64,000 nucleotides of DNA from Armatimonadota bacterium (GTDB taxonomy: Bacteria > Sysuimicrobiota > Sysuimicrobiia > Sysuimicrobiales > Humicultoraceae), in the NCBI GenBank assembly GCA_016869025.1, contig VGFA01000006.1, positions 16,065 to 80,064 of the forward strand, given 5' to 3'. The translations under genes were made by a program, and so were the position numbers. Below are positions 54,214-63,226 of the stretch, one piece after another. A model generated the notes under the pieces. The model was not told the DNA's origin, searched no databases, and worked only from the letters and a program-made list of their open reading frames with translations. Within the stretch, counting starts at the first letter, position 1. Each line of letters starts with the position of its first letter.

Positions 54214-55777
54214 AGCAAGCGAGCGCACCGAACCTGTCCCCAGGGCACAACTCCTGCCTCCAGGGTGGGTGTGGACTACTTTGGGAGAGGTTTGCCTGGT
54301 CAACCCAAGTACCATCGCCGGGCCTCTGGGAGACGACGTGCCAGTCTCCTTCGTTCCGATGGCCGCCGTTGAGACCGCCACTGGGCGAGTAGATGCAAGC
54401 CGGGTGCGACCCTACAGCGAGGTCGCGAGGGGCTACACACGTTTCTCCGAAGGGGATGTTCTGTTCGCCAAGATCACTCCTTGCATGGAAAATGGCAAGA
54501 TTGCGGTGGCCCGGGGTCTGACGAACGGCGCAGGTTGCGGATCAACAGAGTTCCATGTGCTCCGACCGTTGGGCCACGTTTCCAGCGAACTGGTCATGTA
54601 CTACCTGCTCCAAGACAACTTCCGAAAGGAAGCGCGCAGGCACATGGCCGGGACGGCAGGGCAACTGCGGGTGCCGGCTTGGTTTGTTAGCGAAGCGCCC
54701 TTTCCACTCCCACCTCTCCAGGAGCAGCACCGCATCGTCGCGGAGATCGACAAGCACCTCACCCGCCTGGATGCCGCCGTCGCCTCTCTCCAGCGAGCCC
54801 GGGCCAACCTGAAGCGCTACCGCGCCAGCGTGCTCAAGGCGGCGTGTGAGGGACACCTGGTGCCCACCGAGGCCGAGTTAGCCCGTCACGAGGGTCGGGG
54901 CTACGAGCCTGCCTCGGTGCTGCTGGAGCGCATCCTAGAGGAGCGCCGCGCCCGGTGGGTGGCTCATGGGAAGCGCCGTGGCAAGTACCGGGAATCCCAA
55001 CCGCTGGACACTTCCAATCTACCAGCGCTTCCTGAGGGCTGGGTGTGGGCCACGGTGGAACAGATTGGCTCTGTGGGTAGCGGGCACACGCCAAAGGGTG
55101 TTGCCGGATACATAACACCCTCTGGAGAGATACCCTGGTTCAGGGTTGGAGACATGAACTTGCCCGGCAATGAGCGGTTCATGAGGAATGGTACCGCTTT
55201 CGTCTCTTCAACAGATGCCGGGTTGCTGGGGCTTCGGGCATTTCCACCAGGGACTATCGTCTTCCCGAAGCGAGGCGGTGCAATCGTGACTAACAAGAAG
55301 CGCCAACTCGCACTTCCTAGCGCCCTTGATTTGAACACGATGGGAATTGTGCCTAGCCCTCTCGTCGCAGCCTACGTCTGGTGGTGGTTTCAGACAGTGC
55401 CTCTTGTAGCACTGCATGATGGTTCAAATGTGCCTCAGATCAACCATGACGACATTGCACCGTTGCTAGTGCCACTTCCGCCGCTCTCGGAGCAGCGCCG
55501 AATAGTCGCCGAGGTGGAGCGCCTCCTGGCCGTGATCCAGGCGGCGGCAGAGATGCTGGGGGCTAACCTGCAGCGCGCGGAGCGGCTGCGTCAGGTCGTC
55601 CTCCGACGCGCCCTTGAGGGGAAGCTCGTTCCCCAAGACCCCACCGACGTGCCGGCCTCCGTGCTGCTGGAGCGCATCCGCGCGGAAGAGGAACATGCGG
55701 GGAGGAACACCGAAAAGGCGAGACGAAAAGTCAGCCGCCGACAGAAGGCTGAGTTAGAAGGCCCAGCGGGGGCATGA
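54185..55777 (+). CDS. hsdS: Type I restriction-modification specificity subunit
   Basis: Two target-recognition halves, each starting LP(P/E)GW(V)W..LGEV/VEQI and each ending in a conserved helix (LPPLQEQHRIVAEIDKHL and LPPLSEQRRIVAEVERLL). The start is uncertain because of a 29-nt overlap with the HNH ORF. Confidence 0.9.
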   Translation: MRRTVKQVTEASERTEPVPRAQLLPPGWVWTTLGEVCLVNPSTIAGPLGDDVPVSFVPMAAVETATGRVDASRVRPYSEVARGYTRFSEGDVLFAKITPCMENGKIAVARGLTNGAGCGSTEFHVLRPLGHVSSELVMYYLLQDNFRKEARRHMAGTAGQLRVPAWFVSEAPFPLPPLQEQHRIVAEIDKHLTRLDAAVASLQRARANLKRYRASVLKAACEGHLVPTEAELARHEGRGYEPASVLLERILEERRARWVAHGKRRGKYRESQPLDTSNLPALPEGWVWATVEQIGSVGSGHTPKGVAGYITPSGEIPWFRVGDMNLPGNERFMRNGTAFVSSTDAGLLGLRAFPPGTIVFPKRGGAIVTNKKRQLALPSALDLNTMGIVPSPLVAAYVWWWFQTVPLVALHDGSNVPQINHDDIAPLLVPLPPLSEQRRIVAEVERLLAVIQAAAEMLGANLQRAERLRQVVLRRALEGKLVPQDPTDVPASVLLERIRAEEEHAGRNTEKARRKVSRRQKAELEGPAGA

Positions 55778-56553
55778 CCCATCGAGCGACAAAGCGCAGT
55801 CGCGGCCGACCAAATGCCGTCGAGGTACTCGTGGCGAAGGTCGAGCAGCAATTCGACCCACTCGTGCTGCCCGCCGCTCACGGTCACGCTGGGACGCAGG
55901 GGGCCCAGGAGCGCCTAACTGCAGCCCTGGAGAGCGTCAATAACGCCCTGCTGACCATGAGCCTCTCGCGGGCTGCCAACCGAGCTGTGCAGAAGAAGGA
56001 TCTTCGCGGGCGCCTGTCCGAGACTCAGCTCGACATTCTGCGGGCAGCCATCGCGTTTGCTGGTGCGGGCCTGGACGCCGCCCTGAAGAAGCTGATCAAG
56101 GATACAGTTCGGGACATCGCTCTCCGCATTCCCTCGGCACGGCGGAAGTTCCTGGACTTCATCGATCGGCACCTCGCCGCATCCGACCAACCCGTTGATC
56201 GGCGCCGGCTAGCAGAGATCCTTGTGGATGGCCGTGGCAGCCAAGCAGCCCTGTTGGAAAGCTACGAGCGGGAGCTCACCGGCGACAGCCTTCAGTCAGT
56301 CGATCAGGTCAACGTCGTCTGTGGAGCCCTGGGCATTGACACCCGCACGATCCGGGAGCGTCTGAAGCCCGGCGCCACGCTCGACCAGATGTTTAGGGCG
56401 AGAAACGACATCGTTCATCAGCTTGATCTAACAGACCGCGGCCGCAAGGCGCGAACGTTCACGGAAGTTCGCGAGTTCGCAATGGAGGCCCTCGCTGTCA
56501 CTCAGGAGATCATCAATGCAGTCGCCACGACGCTCGAGGAGAGGGTCCTCTAA
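55774..56553 (+). CDS. Hypothetical all-helical protein with HEPN-like Rx4H motif (RiboL-PSP/MAE-type HEPN candidate)
   Basis: 259-aa ORF with an ATGA overlap with the hsdS stop. FRARNDIVHQ (R210-H215, nt 56401-56418) fits the HEPN Rx4-6H signature near the C-terminus of a helical protein. The assignment rests on the motif only. Confidence 0.5.
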   Translation: MTHRATKRSRGRPNAVEVLVAKVEQQFDPLVLPAAHGHAGTQGAQERLTAALESVNNALLTMSLSRAANRAVQKKDLRGRLSETQLDILRAAIAFAGAGLDAALKKLIKDTVRDIALRIPSARRKFLDFIDRHLAASDQPVDRRRLAEILVDGRGSQAALLESYERELTGDSLQSVDQVNVVCGALGIDTRTIRERLKPGATLDQMFRARNDIVHQLDLTDRGRKARTFTEVREFAMEALAVTQEIINAVATTLEERVL

Positions 56554-56602
56554 GACGCGGGTTAGCCGCAGCCGTTGGAGGGACAAAGAGGGGTCGTGAC
56601 TC

Positions 56603-59251
56603 ATGCCTGAGCTCGAACTCAACACGCAGGATCTCCCAACGCACCTTACTCGCGTAGCCGCGCGCCTTCGACTGGTCGGTCCAGATGCCTCTGGGGACAC
56701 ATTCCTCCTGACGTCGTACCTTTTCGAAGCGTCGCTGAAGACCATCGCGATTGCCCTCTGGTCTGGCCTGCGCGGGAGTTCTGCCGAGAACGCGTACGCC
56801 GTCGCATACAGGCTCGTGCGGGCAGACGGTCTTGGCGAGTGGGAAGACTCGATCTACCAAATGAGTTCGCAGCCACTTGCGGGCTACCTGTCCCCGGTCT
56901 TCCAACCAACGATCAACTGGCTAACACAGAAACGCAAACCACCAGCGGACGATTGGTTTCTTGCCGCGATTGGTGCCTCGGACCGGATCATCTCCTTCTT
57001 GGGGTTGGAACCGGATAGCGACGTCAGCCGGTATCGCACCATACGCCACCTCTTGAAGTCATTGGTACTGATTCGGAACAAGACCAAGGCCCACGGAGCG
57101 GTTGGCCCTGAGTTCTTCCAGATGGCGAACCCGCACTACCTTACCGCGGTTTCTGCTATCGCAGTACGCTGCCCCCTGTTTAGGGCCCGCTGGATGCACC
57201 TGTCTATCCGGGTGTCGAAGAACACAGTCCGCGGGGTTGATTTGGTCGGGCCAGAACCCAGGCACATTCGAGACGCTGAATGCGAGGAGTTTTCGCCCAC
57301 GGTCCCAGGCGTCCACGTAGCGCTGGCAAGAGGCATTCAGCCCTTCTATGTAGGCGAATTCCTCAGAACAACGGTGGAGTGCAAGGCGTTCCTGCTCCCG
57401 AACGGCGGTTTCACTACTGCAAATGGCGCCGAGTTCATCGACTTCGCAAATGGGGAGACGGAAAGGCTTGACCTGCCTGCCTACGCGTTACCGCCTGCGC
57501 CGCTACCCCCAAGCGAGACAGAGGGTCTCCCAGACCTAGATATCCAGAGCAATGTGTTCGGGAATCTGCCACCGCGACCGCATGGGTATGTGGAGCGGCC
57601 GCAGTTGCAGGGCGATCTTCTCACACGCCTGCTCGACAGGAATCATCCGATCATCACCCTCCATGGGCGCGGAGGCATAGGGAAGACGAGCCTCGCATTG
57701 TGGGCCGCCCACGAGTTAGCTTCTCGTGCTGAGCCACCCTTCAGTTTCATCGTGTGGTTCAGTGCACGCGATGTCGACTTACGCCCGACCGGACCAGCGC
57801 CTGTGCGAACGGCCGTGGTCGATCTCAAGTCTGTCTCAAGGGTCTATGGAGCGATGTTTGCTACCAAACCCTCTGAGGATGCTTTCGCTCGGATGCTTCA
57901 GGCGCCGCAGCCCGATGGGACCGGACGGCTGCTCATCTTCGACAACTTCGAGACCTTCGCGGATTCCCGTCAACTCCACAGGTTTCTTGACACCCATACC
58001 CACCTGCCGAACAAGGTGCTGATGACTAGCCGGGAGCGGGCGTTCAAGGCCGACTATCCGATTGAAGTGCGTGGGATGGAACCGGCAGAGGCCAGGAGTT
58101 TGCTCGCGTCAGTCGGGAGAGAGTTGGGGATCGAGGGTCTGCTGAATGATGATGCCGTCGAGTCCATCTACAGGTACACAGATGGACATCCGTATGTCAT
58201 GCGGCTCGTCCTCGGAGAGATGGCCAAGGAACGCCGCTATGTACCTCCCAAGGATCTCCTGCCCAGAAGAATCGACATTGTGAATGCAGTGTTCGAGAGG
58301 TCATTCAACAAGCTGTCCCAGCATGGCAAGTGGGTGTACCTTCTGACCGCAAATTGGAGAACTGCCATCGCTGAGCTTGCTCTCGTTGTAATCTGCGCAG
58401 AGCGCGATGTCGACGCGGAGGCTGGTGCCGAAGAATGCGTGCGTCTCTCGCTTCTCACCGCCGAACAGACCCCGGCTGGGAGTTACTACTACTGGGCGCC
58501 TGAACTTGCACGCGTATTCGGACGGAAGAAGCTTGATAGTGACCCCGATCGCCTAGCCATCCAACAGGCCCTCGCAGACCTTCGGCGCTTCTGCGTGCTG
58601 AAGCCGGGACAGGTCGCCACTACCTCACACTCAGACGTTGTGAACCGCTTCCTCGAATCGGCTCTGGAGGATACCAGCTCCACCGACGCGCAGGAAATCG
58701 ATCGCCTGAACGGCATTCTCGAAAGGATTGCCGAGTTGTATCCACCGGCATGGGGACAAGTCGCCGCGTTCCGCAGGCACTTCAGACTGCCCGGCCAGGA
58801 CATCGAGTACGCCCTTCGTCGTTGGGTCGAAGAACAGCCGTTCGACAAGACCGCCTGGCTCCAGCGCGCCGAGTACGCACGGGAGGTCAGCGACCAAGAA
58901 ACCCAAATCTCCTCCCTCGTGAGCGCGGTTGACGCTGACCCGCGAGACATCTCACTCCTGCGTGATGCGGCCCTCGCTCTATGTCAGTTCATCGACGCCC
59001 GCAAGGCTGCGATCCCAAGGACGCGACGCGGGGTGTACCTGGCAGGGGTCCGAGACCATATGGAGAGGTCAGCCGGCGATCTTGACGCGACAGCCCTTAG
59101 CAGGCTTGCCTGGCTCTTTCTCCTCGAGGACAATCGCGAAAAGGCTCTCTACTACGCAAAGCTCGGACTCGACAAAGAGCCTGGTAACGAACACTGTCGA
59201 CGAATCGTGCAACGTCTCGAGCCGCAGGCGGGCCGTCCAACTCGGCGCTGA
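56603..59251 (+). CDS. STAND NTPase (NB-ARC-like) with N-terminal HEPN-like domain and C-terminal helical/TPR-like region
   Basis: Walker A HGRGGIGKTS (nt 57662-57691), Walker B LLIFDNFE (57929-57952), KVLMTSRE, and GHPYVMRLV (GxP motif). The N-terminal region has LIRNKTKAHG (R158-H164, nt 57074-57094). The last ~340 aa are helical repeats. Confidence 0.8.
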   Translation: MPELELNTQDLPTHLTRVAARLRLVGPDASGDTFLLTSYLFEASLKTIAIALWSGLRGSSAENAYAVAYRLVRADGLGEWEDSIYQMSSQPLAGYLSPVFQPTINWLTQKRKPPADDWFLAAIGASDRIISFLGLEPDSDVSRYRTIRHLLKSLVLIRNKTKAHGAVGPEFFQMANPHYLTAVSAIAVRCPLFRARWMHLSIRVSKNTVRGVDLVGPEPRHIRDAECEEFSPTVPGVHVALARGIQPFYVGEFLRTTVECKAFLLPNGGFTTANGAEFIDFANGETERLDLPAYALPPAPLPPSETEGLPDLDIQSNVFGNLPPRPHGYVERPQLQGDLLTRLLDRNHPIITLHGRGGIGKTSLALWAAHELASRAEPPFSFIVWFSARDVDLRPTGPAPVRTAVVDLKSVSRVYGAMFATKPSEDAFARMLQAPQPDGTGRLLIFDNFETFADSRQLHRFLDTHTHLPNKVLMTSRERAFKADYPIEVRGMEPAEARSLLASVGRELGIEGLLNDDAVESIYRYTDGHPYVMRLVLGEMAKERRYVPPKDLLPRRIDIVNAVFERSFNKLSQHGKWVYLLTANWRTAIAELALVVICAERDVDAEAGAEECVRLSLLTAEQTPAGSYYYWAPELARVFGRKKLDSDPDRLAIQQALADLRRFCVLKPGQVATTSHSDVVNRFLESALEDTSSTDAQEIDRLNGILERIAELYPPAWGQVAAFRRHFRLPGQDIEYALRRWVEEQPFDKTAWLQRAEYAREVSDQETQISSLVSAVDADPRDISLLRDAALALCQFIDARKAAIPRTRRGVYLAGVRDHMERSAGDLDATALSRLAWLFLLEDNREKALYYAKLGLDKEPGNEHCRRIVQRLEPQAGRPTRR

Positions 59252-59308
59252 ACCAGAAGGCCGCTTAGAGCGGCCGCAGGTTACCGCGGACCGTTCGGAG
59301 GTGCGGGC

Positions 59309-60799
59309 ATGAGCACGGCCTCGGCTATCGGCCAGAAGTTGTGGAACTACTGCAACGTCCTCCGGGACGCCGGCCTCTCATACGGCGACTACCTGGAGCA
59401 ACTTACCTACCTGATCTTCCTCAAGATGATGCATGAGCGGGCGCAGCCGCCGTACTCGCTGTTGCCGGACTTCCAGCCCCCGCCCATCCCTGAAGGGTAC
59501 GACTGGCCGAGCCTCCTGGCCCGGGATGGCGACGAGCTGGAGACGCACTACCGGCATCTGCTGGAACGGCTGGGACGGGAGCAGGGTACCCTAGGGGTCA
59601 TCTTCCGCAAGGCCCAGAACAAGATACAAGATCCGGCGATGTTGCGCCGGCTCATCGTGGACCTCATTGATCGGGAGAACTGGTCAGCGCTCAGCGCCGA
59701 CGTGAAGGGCGACGCCTACGAGGCGCTACTGGAGCGCAACGCCCAGGACGTGAAGACGGGCGCGGGACAGTACTTCACGCCCAGGCCGCTCATCCAGGCC
59801 ATCGTGGACGTCATACGTCCTGCGCCGAGCATGACTATCTGCGACCCTGCCTGTGGCACCGGTGGGTTCCTTTTGGCCGCCCATGATTACATCGTCAGGC
59901 ACTACCCGCACATGGACCGCGGCCAGCGTGAAGAACTGAAATACCGCGCGCTATATGGCTGGGACATCGTGGAGGGCGTGGCGCGTCTGTGCGTCATGAA
60001 CCTGTACCTCCACGGCGTCGGCGGCGATGAGACGCTGATCAAGGTGGACGACAGCCTCCGGGCTCATCCGGGCACGGACTTCGATATGGTCCTGACGAAT
60101 CCGCCGTTCGGGAAGAAGTCCAGCCTGACTTTCGTGAACGGGGAGGGCGAGCAGGCCAGAGACACCCTGGTCGTCATCCGGGACGACTTCTCGGCGTCCA
60201 CGAGCAACAAGCAGCTCAACTTCCTCCAGCATGTGAGAAGCATTCTCAAGATCCACGGCCGGGCGGCCGTGGTCGTCCCAGACAATGTGCTCTTCGAGGG
60301 CGGCGCCGGGGAGACCATCCGCCGCCGGCTGCTCCACGAGTGCGACGTCCACACGCTGCTCCGCCTGCCCACGGGCATCTTCTATGCTCAGGGCGTCAAG
60401 GCCAACGTCCTCTTCTTCGACCGCAAGCCGGCCAGCCAAACCCCCTGGACCAAGACCCTCTGGATATATGACCTTCGTACCAACAAGCACTTCACCCTGA
60501 AGACCAATCCACTGACACGGGCTGATCTCGACGACTTCGTGGCCTGCTGCAATCCCGAGAACCGCCACGCCCGGAAGGAGACCGGGCGTTTCCGCCCATT
60601 CCCGTACGAAGAACTGGTGAAGCGCGACAAGGCGAATCTTGACATCTTCTGGCTCCGGGACGAGAGCGTGGAGGACTCCGCCAGCCTGCCCCCTCCCGAG
60701 GTGCTGGCTGAAGAGATAGTAGAGGATCTGCGCGCGGCCCTGGAGCAGTTTGAGGAAATCGGCGCAGACCTCGAGCCGAAGCCCTACCCCTCCGCTTGA
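59309..60799 (+). CDS. hsdM: Type I restriction-modification N6-adenine DNA methyltransferase subunit
   Basis: HsdM N-terminal domain (LWNYCNVLRDAGLSYGDYLEQLTYLIFLKM), AdoMet motif DPACGTGGFL, catalytic NPPFG. Confidence 0.95.
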   Translation: MSTASAIGQKLWNYCNVLRDAGLSYGDYLEQLTYLIFLKMMHERAQPPYSLLPDFQPPPIPEGYDWPSLLARDGDELETHYRHLLERLGREQGTLGVIFRKAQNKIQDPAMLRRLIVDLIDRENWSALSADVKGDAYEALLERNAQDVKTGAGQYFTPRPLIQAIVDVIRPAPSMTICDPACGTGGFLLAAHDYIVRHYPHMDRGQREELKYRALYGWDIVEGVARLCVMNLYLHGVGGDETLIKVDDSLRAHPGTDFDMVLTNPPFGKKSSLTFVNGEGEQARDTLVVIRDDFSASTSNKQLNFLQHVRSILKIHGRAAVVVPDNVLFEGGAGETIRRRLLHECDVHTLLRLPTGIFYAQGVKANVLFFDRKPASQTPWTKTLWIYDLRTNKHFTLKTNPLTRADLDDFVACCNPENRHARKETGRFRPFPYEELVKRDKANLDIFWLRDESVEDSASLPPPEVLAEEIVEDLRAALEQFEEIGADLEPKPYPSA

Positions 60800-60807
60800 T
60801 ACAAACC

Positions 60808-63111
60808 CTACCTCGGCGCCAGCACCAGCCTTCCGACCGCGGCGTCTTCGATCTTCTGCCGCGAAAACAGCAGCGGCACGTACTCTCCCCTCGCCCAAAG
60901 CGCCGCGAAATCACGGTAGTGCCGGTGGAAGGGCAGGCCGCTCTGCCCCGTTGTGTGGATCACCAGCGACCGATCCCAGTCCGCCGGGTCGAGGATCTGC
61001 CGGTACGAGGCCACCACAACCTGCCGGAACGGCTCTTCCGGGTTGAAGGCGCTGTTGTTGACAGTGAAGGCGTCGCCGCCTACCTCTGGGGGCGTCGTGT
61101 TGAAGATCCAGGCCAGGGACCTGATGCGCCCGATGGGATGGACGAAGGTGGGTTGGTGCAGCCTTCCCCACCGCCACCCCTCCCGCTTGGGTCCGAGCTG
61201 CCCTTCCAGGGTCCGCACCGCATCGCGCAGCGCGGTCTCCACCAGCCGATCGCGGCTGCCCCGCCACCAACCAGAGGAAGGGTCGCGCAGCAGCGCGAGC
61301 ACCGTCTGCACCGCCCCCTCGTACTGGCGCAGGTAGCGACCGAAGACCGCCTCGTCGAGTGGCGTCCGGAACACCTCCTTGACCAGGGCATCCAGGAGCG
61401 CCTCGTACACGGCGGCAGGCCGGCTGGAAGCCGAGAGCACGCCGTCCCACTGGAGCAGTTCGGCAAAGACCGGCTGGAGCGCCGGGTCCAGGATCCTCAC
61501 CGGCCGCAGCGCCTCGACCATGGCCCTGCCCGGGAGCGAGGTCACGTCGCTGTGGATGCGCTTGAAGGTCTCGACCGACTGGGTGCCCTCAGAGAGGAGC
61601 TCATTGATGCGCCGCGCGCGGTACCCCACGTCCCAGTCGCGGCCCAGGAAGTGCGGATAGCCCGGCGGCGCGATGCGGTTGTTGGCGGTGAGCAGGAACC
61701 CATCGCGCCCATGGGCGCTGGGGAGCGCCTCGAACGGCAGCCATCCGGTCCACTCGTGCTCGCCGGTCCACCCGGGCACCGGCACCGCGCCCGTTCCCTT
61801 GGCCCGTACAGGGATGCGCCCCGGCATCTGGTAGCCGATCTCGCCATTGCGGTGGGCGAAGACGAAGTTCTGGGACGGCGCGTCCCACGCCCTCAGCGCC
61901 TGCCGGAACTCATCCCAGGTGGACGCGCGGTTGACCCCGTCCACCGACTCGATGATGGTGCTCGACTCCAGCGCCGTCCACCGCAGCGCCAGAGGGGCGT
62001 GCAGCCCACGCACCACATTGTTCAGGATCGGGCCGTGGCGCGTGACGCGCACGATCTCGACGGCCGGCTCGTTCCGGCCCTTGACCTTGATCGTCTCGCG
62101 GACTACGGTCGCCGGGATCCACTGCCCCTTGTGCAGATACCGCGCCGGATCCTCGGGATGGAACCGCTCAATGTACAGGTCCTGCACGTCGGGGTTGGCG
62201 TTGGTCACGCCCCACGCGATGTCCCGGTTGTGCCCGACGATGACGCCGGGCACGCCTGGGAATGTGGCCCCGACGACGTCGTAGGGCCCGCCGTTCAGGT
62301 GCATCAGGTACCAGATAGACGGCATCTGGGATTCCAGGTGCGGATCATTGGCCAGCAACGGGCTGCCGGTCTCCGCGCGGTTTCCGGCGACGACCCAGTT
62401 GTTGCTGCCTATGCCGGGCAGGCTCCTCAGGCCCATGCCCGGAAGGTACCACCCGCCGGTGATGACCGGCGCGTCGGACGGGTACCCAGGCAGCAGCCGC
62501 TCCAGCGCACCGTCGCCGAACCGTTCGAGGAGTTGCTGGCGCAGTATCTCCACCCGCCAATCGCCGCCCAACACCCACGCCATCAGCTTGCCGTAAGCCA
62601 GGCTGTCGGCCGGGGTCCAGGGCTCAGGAGCGAAGCCCAGCAGCGTGAACTCGATGGGAAGCCGGCCGCGCGCGCCTGCGATGAAGGCGTTCACCCCGGC
62701 GGCGTAGGCGTCAAGGTTCTGTTTCGTCTGCGGGCTGACGGCGCCCAGGTGCGCCTCGGCGACGCGCCGCAGGCCGATCGTGCGCAGGAACCGGTCGGTC
62801 GGCAGCGCCGCCTCACCGAAGATCTCGGCCAGACGGCCGGAGGCGGTACGGCGGTTGAGCTCCATCTGCCAGAGACGATCCTGCGCGTGGACGAAGCCCT
62901 GCGCGAGAAACAGCGCGCGTGAGGACCGCGCGAAAAGGTGGGGGATTCCCCACCGGTCGCGCACCACCTCCACGGGATCGCCCAAACCGGAGACGCGTAC
63001 CGCCCCAGAGATCTGAGGGAACGGGCGGCGCGCCAGATAGACGCCGGCTCCACCGGCGACGGCGGCAACGGTCAGGATCACTACCAGCAGGACGAGCAGC
63101 AGGCGGCGCAT
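60808..63111 (-). CDS. Penicillin acylase (S45 Ntn-hydrolase) family protein
   Basis: Signal anchor, RDRWGIPHLFA...AQGFVHAQDRLWQME, and the autoprocessing site GSNNWVVAG. Confidence 0.9.
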   Translation of the reverse strand: MRRLLLVLLVVILTVAAVAGGAGVYLARRPFPQISGAVRVSGLGDPVEVVRDRWGIPHLFARSSRALFLAQGFVHAQDRLWQMELNRRTASGRLAEIFGEAALPTDRFLRTIGLRRVAEAHLGAVSPQTKQNLDAYAAGVNAFIAGARGRLPIEFTLLGFAPEPWTPADSLAYGKLMAWVLGGDWRVEILRQQLLERFGDGALERLLPGYPSDAPVITGGWYLPGMGLRSLPGIGSNNWVVAGNRAETGSPLLANDPHLESQMPSIWYLMHLNGGPYDVVGATFPGVPGVIVGHNRDIAWGVTNANPDVQDLYIERFHPEDPARYLHKGQWIPATVVRETIKVKGRNEPAVEIVRVTRHGPILNNVVRGLHAPLALRWTALESSTIIESVDGVNRASTWDEFRQALRAWDAPSQNFVFAHRNGEIGYQMPGRIPVRAKGTGAVPVPGWTGEHEWTGWLPFEALPSAHGRDGFLLTANNRIAPPGYPHFLGRDWDVGYRARRINELLSEGTQSVETFKRIHSDVTSLPGRAMVEALRPVRILDPALQPVFAELLQWDGVLSASSRPAAVYEALLDALVKEVFRTPLDEAVFGRYLRQYEGAVQTVLALLRDPSSGWWRGSRDRLVETALRDAVRTLEGQLGPKREGWRWGRLHQPTFVHPIGRIRSLAWIFNTTPPEVGGDAFTVNNSAFNPEEPFRQVVVASYRQILDPADWDRSLVIHTTGQSGLPFHRHYRDFAALWARGEYVPLLFSRQKIEDAAVGRLVLAPR

Positions 63112-63226
63112 AAGGCACCTCGTGGGTGAAGCGTGGTCGCCGCTGTGTTCGCCCTGTGGGCCGATCCTCCTCTGGCGCCTGCGGGTGGTGGCAGACTAAG
63201 ATAGGGCCGAAGTCATGGTGGGGTGA

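Noticed and set aside
59259-59277. GGCCGC-TTAGA-GCGGCC hairpin between the STAND gene and hsdM
   Set aside because: The stem is short with no U-tract, and an RBS (GGAGGTG) and hsdM follow directly. It is probably incidental or at most a minor processing or attenuation signal.
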